Assembly (NCBI GenBank): GCA_913061155.1
Contig: CAJXSI010000003.1
Location: forward strand, 1,576-65,575
DNA length: 64,000 nt
Direction: 5' to 3'
DNA from: an uncultured Alphaproteobacteria bacterium
GTDB lineage: Bacteria > Pseudomonadota > Alphaproteobacteria > UBA7879 > VGCX01
Positions 38,066-48,192 of the stretch are shown here, piece by piece (within the stretch, counting starts at the first letter, position 1; the number at the start of each line of letters is the position of its first letter). The position numbers and the translations under genes were made by a program. The notes under the pieces are model-generated. The model saw nothing but the letters and a program-made list of their open reading frames with translations. It was not told where the DNA came from and made no database searches.

Positions 38066-38717
38066 TTAGTTTTTTCTTATGTTCTGGTGTCACAATACCG
38101 GCAGAAACAACCATTTTAATACCTTCTTCAACAGACATATCTAAAATAATGATTTCTTTACGGGGAATAAATAATAAAAATCCCGAAGTTGGATTCGGTG
38201 TGGTTGGAACAAAAACATTAACAACATTATCATTTGTTTTTGTTTGAACTTCCCCTTTTGTTCCGCCTGTAATAAAGCACAATGACCATATCCCTTTTCT
38301 TGGATATTCAATCATGCCAACCTCTTTAAACGATGTGGAACTTTGTTCCAAGATGGCTTGGGAAATTTGTTTTGTTGCCCCGTAAATTCCACGTACAACC
38401 GGCATTCTACCCAATATATTTTCCCCAAACTTAATCAAATAGCGTCCCAAAAAACCTTTTGCAACGGCCCCAATAAGGGTTAACCCTACAAAAACAACAA
38501 CAATCCCAACGCCTGGGATTTCAAAAGGAAGATAAGTTGATATTTGCAGTTCCTTGGGCAGCAAAGGTTTAACTTTGTGATCAATTGACGCAACAATCCA
38601 CCAAACTAAATAAGCCGTTATGATTATTGGTGTTGTGACCAAAACACCTGACAGAAAATGTTTTCTAAGTTTTGCACTGATTGAGGTTTTATTTTTTTTC
38701 ATCATTTTATTCTTCAA
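38055..38717 (-). CDS. DUF502-domain membrane protein
   Basis: N-terminal FLSGVLVTTPIIITAYLVWWIVASID motif and a length typical of DUF502. Confidence 0.5.
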   Translation of the reverse strand: MKNKMMKKNKTSISAKLRKHFLSGVLVTTPIIITAYLVWWIVASIDHKVKPLLPKELQISTYLPFEIPGVGIVVVFVGLTLIGAVAKGFLGRYLIKFGENILGRMPVVRGIYGATKQISQAILEQSSTSFKEVGMIEYPRKGIWSLCFITGGTKGEVQTKTNDNVVNVFVPTTPNPTSGFLLFIPRKEIIILDMSVEEGIKMVVSAGIVTPEHKKKLNGN

Positions 38718-39603
38718 ATTCCGTTCTATGATCTTCTTTAATTTCCAAAGGATCTTGGTGTAATGTTATATCTGCTTTAGGGAAAGCCTTATGCAAGGCG
38801 TCTTCTACCTCCATTGCAATGTCGTGGGCTTTATACAAACTTATATTTCCCTGCATTTCCAAGTGACACTGAATAAATTCACCATGCCCCGAAGTTCTGG
38901 TTCTAAGTAAATGGTACCCTTTCACCTTGGGATTATCCATAATAATTTTGACAATATCGTCCCTTTTTTCCTGAGGTAATTCCCGGTCAGTCAGAATAAA
39001 AAAAGCTTCTTTTAATATAGTATGGGCTGTTTTAATAATATAGAACCCGACAAAAATTCCAAACAAAGGATCCAAATAAGGCGTTTTCAAATAAGAACTA
39101 AGGACAAGTGTAACCAAAACCCCAATATTCAAATACAAATCTGATTGATAGTGAACCATATCTGCCTTGATTGCCAAAGACTTTGTCCTTTTGATTGTGT
39201 ATTTTTGAATACTTACCAGTAAAATCGTCACAACAATTGCCAGGCATGTTACAACGATTGCGGTTTGGGCATGTTCAATTGGTTGGGGGTGAATAAATCG
39301 TTGGATGGCTTCCCACATAATAAATAAAGAAGAACAAAAAATAAAAACGGACTGTCCCAATGCTGCAACAGCCTCTATCTTGCCATGCCCAAAACGATGA
39401 TCCGTATCGGCAGGTTTCATCGCGTGATAAACGGCCAGTAAATTGATAATCGATGCCAGCATATCAACGCTGGAATCCACCAAACTTGATAAAATACTGA
39501 CAGATCCTGACGTTGACCAAGCAATGTATTTTGCCAAAATAAGGAAAATTGCAACTGAAACAGCTGAAATAGTCGAAATCTTTTTTAACGTATTTCCTTG
39601 CAC
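38707..39603 (-). CDS. cation diffusion facilitator family transporter
   Basis: CDF motifs SLVDSSVDMLAS and HRFGHGKIE, six TM helices and a C-terminal cytoplasmic domain. Confidence 0.8.
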   Translation of the reverse strand: MQGNTLKKISTISAVSVAIFLILAKYIAWSTSGSVSILSSLVDSSVDMLASIINLLAVYHAMKPADTDHRFGHGKIEAVAALGQSVFIFCSSLFIMWEAIQRFIHPQPIEHAQTAIVVTCLAIVVTILLVSIQKYTIKRTKSLAIKADMVHYQSDLYLNIGVLVTLVLSSYLKTPYLDPLFGIFVGFYIIKTAHTILKEAFFILTDRELPQEKRDDIVKIIMDNPKVKGYHLLRTRTSGHGEFIQCHLEMQGNISLYKAHDIAMEVEDALHKAFPKADITLHQDPLEIKEDHRTEFEE

Positions 39604-39685
39604 AAGACCCCTGTTTTTATTTCCATTCAGTTTACTTATAACAAATTAAACAGCCGTTGACACCCAGAATAATGGTCTACGCAAA

Positions 39686-41641
39686 TCAGTTTATTTGCAA
39701 TTCAATCAGACCTTCAAAATAAGCCAAAGATTCTGGGTTTGCCAGCGCCTCCTTGTTTTTAATTGGTCGTCCTTCAACAATGTTTTTAACGGCAAGTTCT
39801 GCGATTTTTCCACTTTTTGTCCTTGGGATATCCATAACTTGTATAATCACGGCAGGTACGTGGCGTGGGGTTGTATTGGACCGTATTTTTTCTTTGATCT
39901 CTTGAATTATTGCCTGGGTTAATTCTTTACCCTCTTCCATCACAACGAACAAAACAACACGAACATCCCCTTTGAAGTTTTGGCCGATAACCAAGCCTTC
40001 TGTAATGTCGTTAATTTGTTCAACTTGCCTGTATATTTCGGCCGTACCAATCCGAATGCCCCCTGGATTTAAAACAGCATCAGATCGACCATAAATAATA
40101 ATACCGTCATGCTTGGTTAATTCTGCAAAATCTCCATGGCACCAAATATTATCAAATTCTTCAAAATAGGCCGCTTGGTATTTATTATTATCTGGATCAT
40201 TCCAAAACCCAATGGGCATTGATGGGAACGGTTTTGTACACACCAATTCCCCTTTTTCTTGGCGAATTGATTGACCATTTTGGTCATAAATATCAACAGC
40301 CATGCCCAACCCACGGGTTTGAATTTCCCCTCTGTACACTGGGGCAATGGGGTTACCAAGGGTAAAGCATGAAACAATGTCTGTTCCCCCAGAAATGGAT
40401 GCCAATAAAATATCTTGTTTGATTTCGCGGTAAACATAATCAAATGCTTCGGGAACCAACGGTGATCCAGTTGAGGCAATAGTTCTTAAAGTTGTTAATT
40501 TGTGGGTTGATTTTGGGCTGACCCTTTTCTTGTTCAAAGCATCAATAAATTTGGCAGATGTCCCAAAAAATGTCATGCCTTCGTCATCCACAAAGTCAAA
40601 TAATATACGGGCATTTGGATACAAAGGCGACCCATCATAAATCAATAATGTTGCCCCAGAGGCCAACGCAGAAATATGCCAATTCCACATCATCCAACCA
40701 CAGGTTGAAAAATAAAATACTTTGTCGCCAGGCTTGATATCACTATGAAGTTGATGTTCCTTCATGTGCTGAATTAACGTACCACCGATGCTATGGACAA
40801 TACATTTTGGTACCCCTGTTGTCCCGGATGAAAACATGATAAACAACGGGTCTGAAAAAGACATCTGGGCATAATCAATTTCTTGAGGGGCATAAGATGC
40901 ATAAATATCTTCCAAGATTACGGCGTCTTTTAATTTTGATGCCTCAACTTGTGTTTCATCATATGAAAAAATTAATGTCTTTTTAAGGCTGGGCAAGCCT
41001 TTTTGAATTTCTTGAACTTTATCCAAGCAATCATGAAAACGGCCACGATATAAATATTTGTCTGCCGCAATAAAAACCTTGGGGTCAATCTGTTTGAAAC
41101 GATCAAGAACCCCTGAAACACCAAAGTCTGGGGAACAAGATGTCCATACGGCCCCCAAACTTGTTGCCGCCAGGGCGCAAACCAATGTTTGGTGCGTATT
41201 GGGAACATATCCAGCAACTCTGTCACCTGGCTTTACCCCATATTCTTTTAAGGCCTGGGCCACTTTAGACACAGCTTCGCGCAATTCTTGGCGGGTTAAA
41301 GTTTTCTTAACTTTATTTTCCCCCCAAAAAACCACCGCTTTGGCAACATCATGGTTTTCAATTAAATTTTCTGCATAGTTTAACTTGGCTTTTGGAAAGA
41401 ATTTTGCCTTGGTAATATGGGGGGCGTGGTCAAGAATTATCTCTGACTTAACCGAGGCCCTAACCCCGCAAAAATCCCACACAGCCTGCCAAAAATTTTC
41501 AATTTCATCTGTTGACCATTTGTACAAAGAATCATAGTCCACAACACCTTTATCATAGTTTTTTTGCACAAACTTTATAAAACATGTCAGGTTGGCATCA
41601 GATAGCCATTGTTCTGAAGGGCGCCAAGATACTTGTGTCAT
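39686..41641 (-). CDS. acetoacetate--CoA ligase (acetoacetyl-CoA synthetase)
   Basis: N-terminal region characteristic of TIGR01217, AMP-binding motifs (SSGTTGVPK, YGRSD) and a C-terminal lysine region. Confidence 0.7.
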   Translation of the reverse strand: MTQVSWRPSEQWLSDANLTCFIKFVQKNYDKGVVDYDSLYKWSTDEIENFWQAVWDFCGVRASVKSEIILDHAPHITKAKFFPKAKLNYAENLIENHDVAKAVVFWGENKVKKTLTRQELREAVSKVAQALKEYGVKPGDRVAGYVPNTHQTLVCALAATSLGAVWTSCSPDFGVSGVLDRFKQIDPKVFIAADKYLYRGRFHDCLDKVQEIQKGLPSLKKTLIFSYDETQVEASKLKDAVILEDIYASYAPQEIDYAQMSFSDPLFIMFSSGTTGVPKCIVHSIGGTLIQHMKEHQLHSDIKPGDKVFYFSTCGWMMWNWHISALASGATLLIYDGSPLYPNARILFDFVDDEGMTFFGTSAKFIDALNKKRVSPKSTHKLTTLRTIASTGSPLVPEAFDYVYREIKQDILLASISGGTDIVSCFTLGNPIAPVYRGEIQTRGLGMAVDIYDQNGQSIRQEKGELVCTKPFPSMPIGFWNDPDNNKYQAAYFEEFDNIWCHGDFAELTKHDGIIIYGRSDAVLNPGGIRIGTAEIYRQVEQINDITEGLVIGQNFKGDVRVVLFVVMEEGKELTQAIIQEIKEKIRSNTTPRHVPAVIIQVMDIPRTKSGKIAELAVKNIVEGRPIKNKEALANPESLAYFEGLIELQIN

Positions 41642-41656
41642 ATTTTTCTCCGAAAT

Positions 41657-42970
41657 CTATAAAATGAAATTCGATAAATCTTTGCTGGCGGCCAAGTGTT
41701 CAACCGTTTTCTTAACATAGGCTTTATCTATTTTGACGGATTCACCCGATCTATCGCTTGCTGAAAAACTTAATTCTTCCAAAACTTTTTCAAGAACAGT
41801 ATGCAATCGGCGGGCACCAATATTTTCAACATTCACATTCACCATTGCGGCAACACGGGCCACTTCTTCGACCCCGTCTTTTGTAAATTCTAAGGTCACA
41901 TTTTCTGTGCCTAATAACGCTGTATATTGCGTGATAAGGCTGGCTTCGGTTTCTGTCAAAATCTTGATAAAATCTTCTTCTGTCAAAGAATCCATTTCCA
42001 CACGAATTGGTAACCGCCCTTGTAATTCAGGCAACAAATCAGATGGTTTTGACACATGAAAAGCCCCAGAGGACACAAAAAGAATATGATCTGTTTGCAC
42101 ATTTCCATACTTAGTTGTGACATTTGTACCTTCAATTAATGGAAGCAAGTCGCGTTGCACCCCTTCACGGCTGACACCGCCTTCTTGCCGACGGCTGGAC
42201 TGCCCGCAAATTTTGTCGATTTCATCCAGAAAAACAATCCCATTTTGTTCAACAGATTGAATGGCTTGGGCAACGACACTTTCTTCATCTAAAAGTTTGT
42301 CACTTTCTTCTTCAATCAGCAAAGGGCGGGCCTCATCCACTTTAAGCTTTCGCTTTTTTGTATTTTTCCCCATACCCTTACCAAGGATATCCCCAAGATT
42401 AACCATGCCCATTTGGGCACCTGGCATGCCTGGAACATCCAAAAAAGGGGATTTATTCGAAGCTGCTTCAATCAGTTCAACTTCGACTTCTTTATCTTCA
42501 AGCTTTGAATCTTGCAGCATTTTACGGAATTTATCCCGGGTTTCTGCACTGGAATTTTTCCCGACCAAAGCATCCAAAATGCGTTCTTCGGTATTTTTTT
42601 CGGCTTGAACTTTGACTTCTTCGCGCAAGGTTTTGCGGATTTGTTGAATGGCAATTTCGACCAGGTCACGAATGATTTGTTCAACATCGCGGCCAACGTA
42701 CCCAACTTCGGTGAATTTGGTTGCTTCGACTTTAATAAAGGGGGCATTGGCCAGTTTTGCCAACCGTCGGGCAATTTCAGTTTTCCCCACACCTGTGGGG
42801 CCAATCATTAATATATTCTTAGGCAAAATTTCATTACGCAGATCTTCGTCTAACTGCTGACGACGCCAACGATTTCGCAAGGCAATGGCCACTGCTTTTT
42901 TGGCGTCACTTTGCCCAACAATAAATCGATTTAGTTCAGATACAATTTCACGGGGGGTAAGATTACTCAT
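41657..42970 (-). CDS. hslU: ATP-dependent protease ATPase subunit HslU
   Basis: Motif [17 protein letters not shown], the I-domain and sensor motifs. Confidence 0.9.
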   Translation of the reverse strand: MSNLTPREIVSELNRFIVGQSDAKKAVAIALRNRWRRQQLDEDLRNEILPKNILMIGPTGVGKTEIARRLAKLANAPFIKVEATKFTEVGYVGRDVEQIIRDLVEIAIQQIRKTLREEVKVQAEKNTEERILDALVGKNSSAETRDKFRKMLQDSKLEDKEVEVELIEAASNKSPFLDVPGMPGAQMGMVNLGDILGKGMGKNTKKRKLKVDEARPLLIEEESDKLLDEESVVAQAIQSVEQNGIVFLDEIDKICGQSSRRQEGGVSREGVQRDLLPLIEGTNVTTKYGNVQTDHILFVSSGAFHVSKPSDLLPELQGRLPIRVEMDSLTEEDFIKILTETEASLITQYTALLGTENVTLEFTKDGVEEVARVAAMVNVNVENIGARRLHTVLEKVLEELSFSASDRSGESVKIDKAYVKKTVEHLAASKDLSNFIL

Positions 42971-42974
42971 TCAA

Positions 42975-43523
42975 TTAACCTTCGATTGTTTCGTATGTAA
43001 TTTGATCACTGGTATAAATACAAAGGTCAGATGCAACCTTCATGGATTTTTCAGCAATTTCCTTTATATCCATATCTGTTGTCATTAAAGCCCTTGCAGC
43101 AGCCAAAGCATAATTTCCACCAGATCCAATGCCGATAACACCGTCTTCGGTTTCAAGCACGTCCCCAATACCCGTCAGAATAAAAGAATTACTTTTATCT
43201 GCCACAATCATCATGGCTTCTAAACGGCGCAGATATTTATCTGTCCGCCAGTCTTTTGCCAATTCAACACAGGCCCTGGCCAATTGGGTTGGGTATTGTT
43301 CCAATTTTTCTTCAAGGCGTTCAAATAAGGTCAAGGCATCCGCAGTTGCCCCCGCAAACCCTGAAATAACACGGCCGTCTGATAATTTGCGAAGTTTCTT
43401 TGCATTTGACTTTAAAATGACATGACCCAAGGTAACTTGGCCATCTCCAGCAATAACAACTTTGTTTCCCCTGCGAACAGAAAGAATTGTTGTTCCATGT
43501 AGTTTAATTCCTGATTCTTGCAT
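42975..43523 (-). CDS. hslV: ATP-dependent protease subunit HslV
   Basis: The TTILSVRRG...GDGQVT motif and GSGG region. A 10-aa extension precedes the catalytic Thr. Confidence 0.85.
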   Translation of the reverse strand: MQESGIKLHGTTILSVRRGNKVVIAGDGQVTLGHVILKSNAKKLRKLSDGRVISGFAGATADALTLFERLEEKLEQYPTQLARACVELAKDWRTDKYLRRLEAMMIVADKSNSFILTGIGDVLETEDGVIGIGSGGNYALAAARALMTTDMDIKEIAEKSMKVASDLCIYTSDQITYETIEG

Positions 43524-43559
43524 AGCACGATCCTTTGTGCAGCATTATGCCGAATTCTG

Positions 43560-44400
43560 ACAATAAATCAAGCCTAAGCATAGACTTCAGATCAATCCCG
43601 CAGGGTAATTAGGAAGACTAGGAATAACTGAATCCCCCCGGCCAAGCCCTGGAATGACAAACGATCCTACCCTGGTAATCTTATACGTATCATCGCCCCG
43701 CACTTGACACGGGGTCCAGTCCACCTTAGACATCTTTCTTCATTGTCATTCCGGACTTGATCCGGAATCCACAGCGGTGTTTGCCGGATTATGGTACGAT
43801 TTGCTATTAAAATTATGGCTGGAGACCTATTTTACTTCGTCGTCCTGGTGCGGACCCAGCCTAACGCTAACCAGGTACAAGGAGATTGCCAGCTATACCG
43901 TTACTGGACCCCGCATCAAGTGCGGGGCGACGAATAAAAATAGTCAGCGAATTTGTGAACCTATACACGGGGCGACGATTTCTATGCAAAGACAGACCCT
44001 CTTCATTGTCATTCCGGACTTGATCCGGAATCCACAGCGGTGTTCACCACAAATACCTTATCTGCCAGAGATACATGGATTCTGAACTAAATTCAGAATG
44101 ACGAAAATTGTGTCCGATGACTGCCGCCCTGGGCCTCGTGTCAAGCACCAGAATGACGAGGTTTGGAGGGCTACCATATTCTTAATAACAAATGATTCTA
44201 CTCTGGTAATCCTATACGTATCGTCTTCCTGGTGCTTGACACCAGGATAAAGACCACCTTAGACATTTTTCTTCATTGTCATTCCGGACTTGATCCGGAA
44301 TCCACAGCGGTGTTCACCGTATACAACTCGCCTGCTGTTTAGGTGCCTCCTGACAAAAAAGAGGGGCTGGGTGAAATTAACGGGAAACGATATGCGTTTT
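43560..44400. repeat. block of GC-rich palindromic repeat elements (MITE/RPE-like). It contains at least 3 copies of the core cattgtcattccggacttgatccggaatccacagcggtgtt at 43741-43782, 44004-44044 and 44274-44314, plus associated modules
   Basis: Multi-copy sequences with internal hairpins (ttccgga..tccggaa; ccccgca..tgcgggg). GC content is far above the local background. The same modules recur at 46440-47040. Confidence 0.75.
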
Positions 44401-44503
44401 ACGCATTGGTAAATAAGTCAGTTATTTCAGTTGGTTATTACTTTAATGAGCCTGTAACCTGCATTAATTAGTTAGGCCTATTTTGCCTAAGCCAAAGAAA
44501 GGT

Positions 44504-44734
44504 TTAGGAAGAAGATTCCGTATCGATTTCATCAGCATTTTCTGATGCTGCTGCAAAATCATGGACTTGATAATTCAAATCAATGGCCGCTTTTGACATA
44601 AATACCAAGGATGTTTGAATGGCTGGATCTATGTCAGGCAGTTGATCTGCAAGGGTTTTTGCCTCAGTTAACAAAGTTAATATATTTGAAACTTTTTTCT
44701 TAAGGTGATGACTGTTCTGCTGTTTAACGGACAT
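44504..44734 (-). CDS. hypothetical small acidic protein
   Basis: 76-aa ORF divergent from the LysR gene. No motif recognised. Confidence 0.3.
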   Translation of the reverse strand: MSVKQQNSHHLKKKVSNILTLLTEAKTLADQLPDIDPAIQTSLVFMSKAAIDLNYQVHDFAAASENADEIDTESSS

Positions 44735-45257
44735 TTTATGTGCTTTCCTGTTTCTTTGGTTGTTACCTGTGACAGAAAAGGAATAACATCCTTCAACTCT
44801 TTAATGATAAAAAATAAAACGTTTTATATAGAATTAAAGAAAGAAGAAAGGTGTCCTGTACACACAACACCTTTCTTCAAAGTAATAACTCTTTAACATG
44901 GAGGCTTTTCTTTAGGGATAAAGAATAAACTTTTTAAAGAGCCTTTTATGGTTGGCCTGGTCTGATACCGCTTATTTCTCATCTCTATAACAAACAAACG
45001 AGCCTTCCATCTTTTACCACAACTTCGAATTGTGGAACTTTTCCAAACGCTTAATTATTATTTTTTCTTCTGCGTTTTAACCAACTTTACTATGGAAACC
45101 CCCATAACTTGCTGGCTACAATCAACATATAGTTAACTTATATTATCAAGTCAAGTCTTTTAATTAATAAAATGACATAATTGTTATATAAACCTAATAT
45201 AAATAATTTATTTGCCTAAATCCCAGAACTACATTAGTTTCGTTTTAGAGGTATGAC

Positions 45258-46205
45258 ATGACACAAAATTTATTTAATTTCAGTATTTTCGAAGCAAATC
45301 TATTTTGCATCCTATATGAAACAGGCAACACCAGTGAAACGGCCCAGCGCCTAAACACAACGGCGGCCCAAGTCAGCGTCACCCTTTCCCGTTTGGAAAA
45401 AAAGATTGGACGGGAAAAGTTATTCATTCGAAATAGGCGCCTTGGAAAATTTATCGCGACAAAAGAGGCCGATGATATTATTCAATATATGAAATATATT
45501 GTTCAATTTGCCGGGGAAATTGCCGCGAAAAACAAATACGCCAATAAACATGTTATCGTTTCATCCACCCATAGTATTTTGGAAAACTATTTGGGACCTT
45601 TCATTCCTCCTTTTATTGAGGAACACCCCAAAATTCTTATTGGGTTTAAACAAAATGATGACCTTATTTTTGACAACCAAGCAATCAACGAAATTACATT
45701 AACCTGTTTTACCGACGATAAAGTAAATAAAAAGTATTTCCCTTATCACTCGTTCAAACAAAAACTATGGGCCAGCCAAGGGTATATAAACAAACATGGG
45801 TCCCCTGATACTGTTCAAGATCTTAAGCATCATCGACTATTAATGCGCAAGAACATTGATGACCCAAGAATGCTTTTTGGATCAAGCTATATAAAATCTG
45901 AACTAACAGATGATGATGAAATAATATTTCATGATATTTATAGTCATCGACTTATTGATTTTTTATGTGAAAAAGACTGTGGCATAATGGCAGCGGCAGA
46001 AGAATCTATTAAATTGGGGAATATTGCTGTACAGCATATATTTCCAGATTTTAAAGGGGACACACTTGACCTTTACGTTTGTGTTAGCAAAGATTTTTTG
46101 GGAAACGATATATGTAAAAAGGTTATTAACTGGATTTTTGAATCTAGGGACATTTCCTTCAAATATATTGGGGTAAAGCCTTGTTACGACTTTACGCCTT
46201 TATAA
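45258..46205 (+). CDS. LysR-family transcriptional regulator
   Basis: N-terminal HTH (TGNTSETAQRLNTTAAQVSVTLSRLEKKIG) and a LysR substrate-binding-domain length of 315 aa. Confidence 0.6.
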   Translation: MTQNLFNFSIFEANLFCILYETGNTSETAQRLNTTAAQVSVTLSRLEKKIGREKLFIRNRRLGKFIATKEADDIIQYMKYIVQFAGEIAAKNKYANKHVIVSSTHSILENYLGPFIPPFIEEHPKILIGFKQNDDLIFDNQAINEITLTCFTDDKVNKKYFPYHSFKQKLWASQGYINKHGSPDTVQDLKHHRLLMRKNIDDPRMLFGSSYIKSELTDDDEIIFHDIYSHRLIDFLCEKDCGIMAAAEESIKLGNIAVQHIFPDFKGDTLDLYVCVSKDFLGNDICKKVINWIFESRDISFKYIGVKPCYDFTPL

Positions 46206-46439
46206 TAAGTGCAGCCCCCCCCTTCTTCTTTCCCGACAATTACGGCCATGAAACCGTCATTGCTGATAAAGAAACTAAAGTGTAAACATATTTTACTGTT
46301 GTATTATAAATTTTTGTCATGATCATTCTCCATTTTCGTTAATCTTCATCTTACCCACTGTATAATGAATTCAAAGGTTAAAAGCAATTGAAATTCACTT
46401 ATATTGAAAATTTGTCATTTATTTATTGTTTCTGGATTA

Positions 46440-47040
46440 CATGACACCACTGGATCACCCTATCCTGCGGACACTTGCGATGATGGCTAGGGAGTCATTG
46501 GCTGGTGTGGATCGCCGTGTATTCTGTGGGTACTTGCGATGACGGTTAAGGGGGCTGAGTAAGGATACTTCTTATTCCGCTGTCGTCCCGGACTTGATCC
46601 GGGATCCAGTCATAAACTAAAACGGCAGGTGGGTTGTATACGGTGAATACCGCCCTGGGCCCCGCATCAAGTGCGGGGCGACGAATCAAAATAGTCAACG
46701 AATTTATGAACCCCTATACACGGGGCGACGATTTCTATGCAAAGACAACCCCTCTTCATTGTCATTCCGGACTTGATCCGGAATCTACAGCGGTGTTTAC
46801 TCCAGATACCTTGATTGCTGTAGACCTCTGGATCCTGGCGTCAAGCACCAGGATGACGAGGTTGGAGGGGGCCGATGGCGTATGGATTCTGAACTAAATT
46901 CAGAATGACGAAAATTGTGTCCGATGACTACGGCCCTGGGCCCCGGATCAAGTGCGGGGCGACAAATCAAAATAGCCATCGAATTACTGAACTTATACAC
47001 GGGGCGACGAAAAAGGGTAAAGAAAGTGACCGGGTATACA
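46440..47040. repeat. second block of the same palindromic repeat family. Core copies are at about 46580-46618 (divergent) and 46757-46797. The ggggcgacgaat...tatacacggggcgacga module occurs at 46671-46750 and 46951-47015, and the tggattctgaactaaattcagaatgacgaaaattgtgtccgatgact module at 46873-46922
   Basis: Near-identical to modules at 43921-43995 and 44076-44125. Confidence 0.75.
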
Positions 47041-47074
47041 GAAACCTGGCAACAGCAGAAATAATTCCCTAAAA

Positions 47075-48061
47075 CTATTCCTCGCGAATGGGGCGGGTTA
47101 AAAGCGTATTAATGGCCTCATTAACTGTTTTGCCTTCGTATAAAATACTGTAAACCATTTGACAAATAGGCATATCAACTTTTAATTTCTTTGCCAGATC
47201 TATGATCGAGGCTGCCGTGTGGAATCCTTCAACTGTCATTTTTGTACTATCAAGAATATCAGAAATTTCTGCACCACGGCCTATGGACCTGCCAAGTTTA
47301 TAGTTTCTTGATTGGCTACTCATACAGGTAAGCATCAAATCCCCAATACCTGATAACCCTTGAAAAGTTTCTGGCTTGGCCTTTTTCTTAACCCCTAAAC
47401 GGGCAATTTCGGCCAATCCGCGGGTAATGATAAGGGCAATTGTGTTATCCCCCAACCCACGACCTGCCGCAACACCTGTGGCAATGGCAATCACATTTTT
47501 CAACGCGCCCCCAACCTGCACACCCATAATATCAGTACTTAGGTACAGCCGAAAGTTTACATACCCAATGGCATCAAGAATCTGTTCCCGTGCTTTTTTA
47601 TCAGGGCACGCCAAAGTGGCGGCGGCGGGTAATGTTTTGGCAACTTCTGATGCAAAGTTAGGGCCTGATATGGCGGCAATAGTTGCCCCTGGGATGACAT
47701 CGTCAATGACTTCACTCATCAACTTACAGGTTTTCTTTTCAATCCCCTTGCAGGCAATAACCAATTTTGATTGCTTTGGATCAATATGAATTTTAAAAAC
47801 TTCTAAGACAGACCTTAGGGCTTGGGATGGAACAGCCAAAATAATAATGTCTGCCGTTTTGGCAATGGCTGTATTGCTGGTGGCTTTGATTGATGAATTC
47901 AGGGTAATACCAGGAAGGTTTTTCACTTGGTGTGATGTGTTGATTTTATCAACATCGTCTAAGGGGCGTCCCCAAATTGTAACATCTGATCCTGCTTTTT
48001 GGGCCACAACTGCCAAAGCTGTCCCCCATGCACCTGCGCCGATAACTAAAACTTTTGCCAT
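47075..48061 (-). CDS. gpsA: NAD(P)H-dependent glycerol-3-phosphate dehydrogenase
   Basis: Motif KVLVIGAGAWGTALA and GpsA catalytic-domain motifs. Confidence 0.9.
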   Translation of the reverse strand: MAKVLVIGAGAWGTALAVVAQKAGSDVTIWGRPLDDVDKINTSHQVKNLPGITLNSSIKATSNTAIAKTADIIILAVPSQALRSVLEVFKIHIDPKQSKLVIACKGIEKKTCKLMSEVIDDVIPGATIAAISGPNFASEVAKTLPAAATLACPDKKAREQILDAIGYVNFRLYLSTDIMGVQVGGALKNVIAIATGVAAGRGLGDNTIALIITRGLAEIARLGVKKKAKPETFQGLSGIGDLMLTCMSSQSRNYKLGRSIGRGAEISDILDSTKMTVEGFHTAASIIDLAKKLKVDMPICQMVYSILYEGKTVNEAINTLLTRPIREE

Positions 48062-48192
48062 TTTTTTCCTTTAGAATGCTTTTTTGCTTGTGTTTATAGT
48101 ATAGTATGAAACATAAGATTGTCATAGCATTACTATGACTTGTTTATAGGTATCAAATTGACCCAATTGTCGCAACAAGGAATCCAACAGAG

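Noticed and set aside
43777-44085. 102-aa ORF (also 46634-46897 and 46797-47000)
   Set aside because: These lie entirely within the GC-rich palindromic repeat modules. The open frames are artefacts of the repeats, and the Arg/Pro/Gly-rich translations are typical of GC-rich noise.
43560-47040. Possible CRISPR array
   Set aside because: The repeats are heterogeneous modules without constant-length unique spacers, and there are no cas genes. They are MITE-like elements, not CRISPR.
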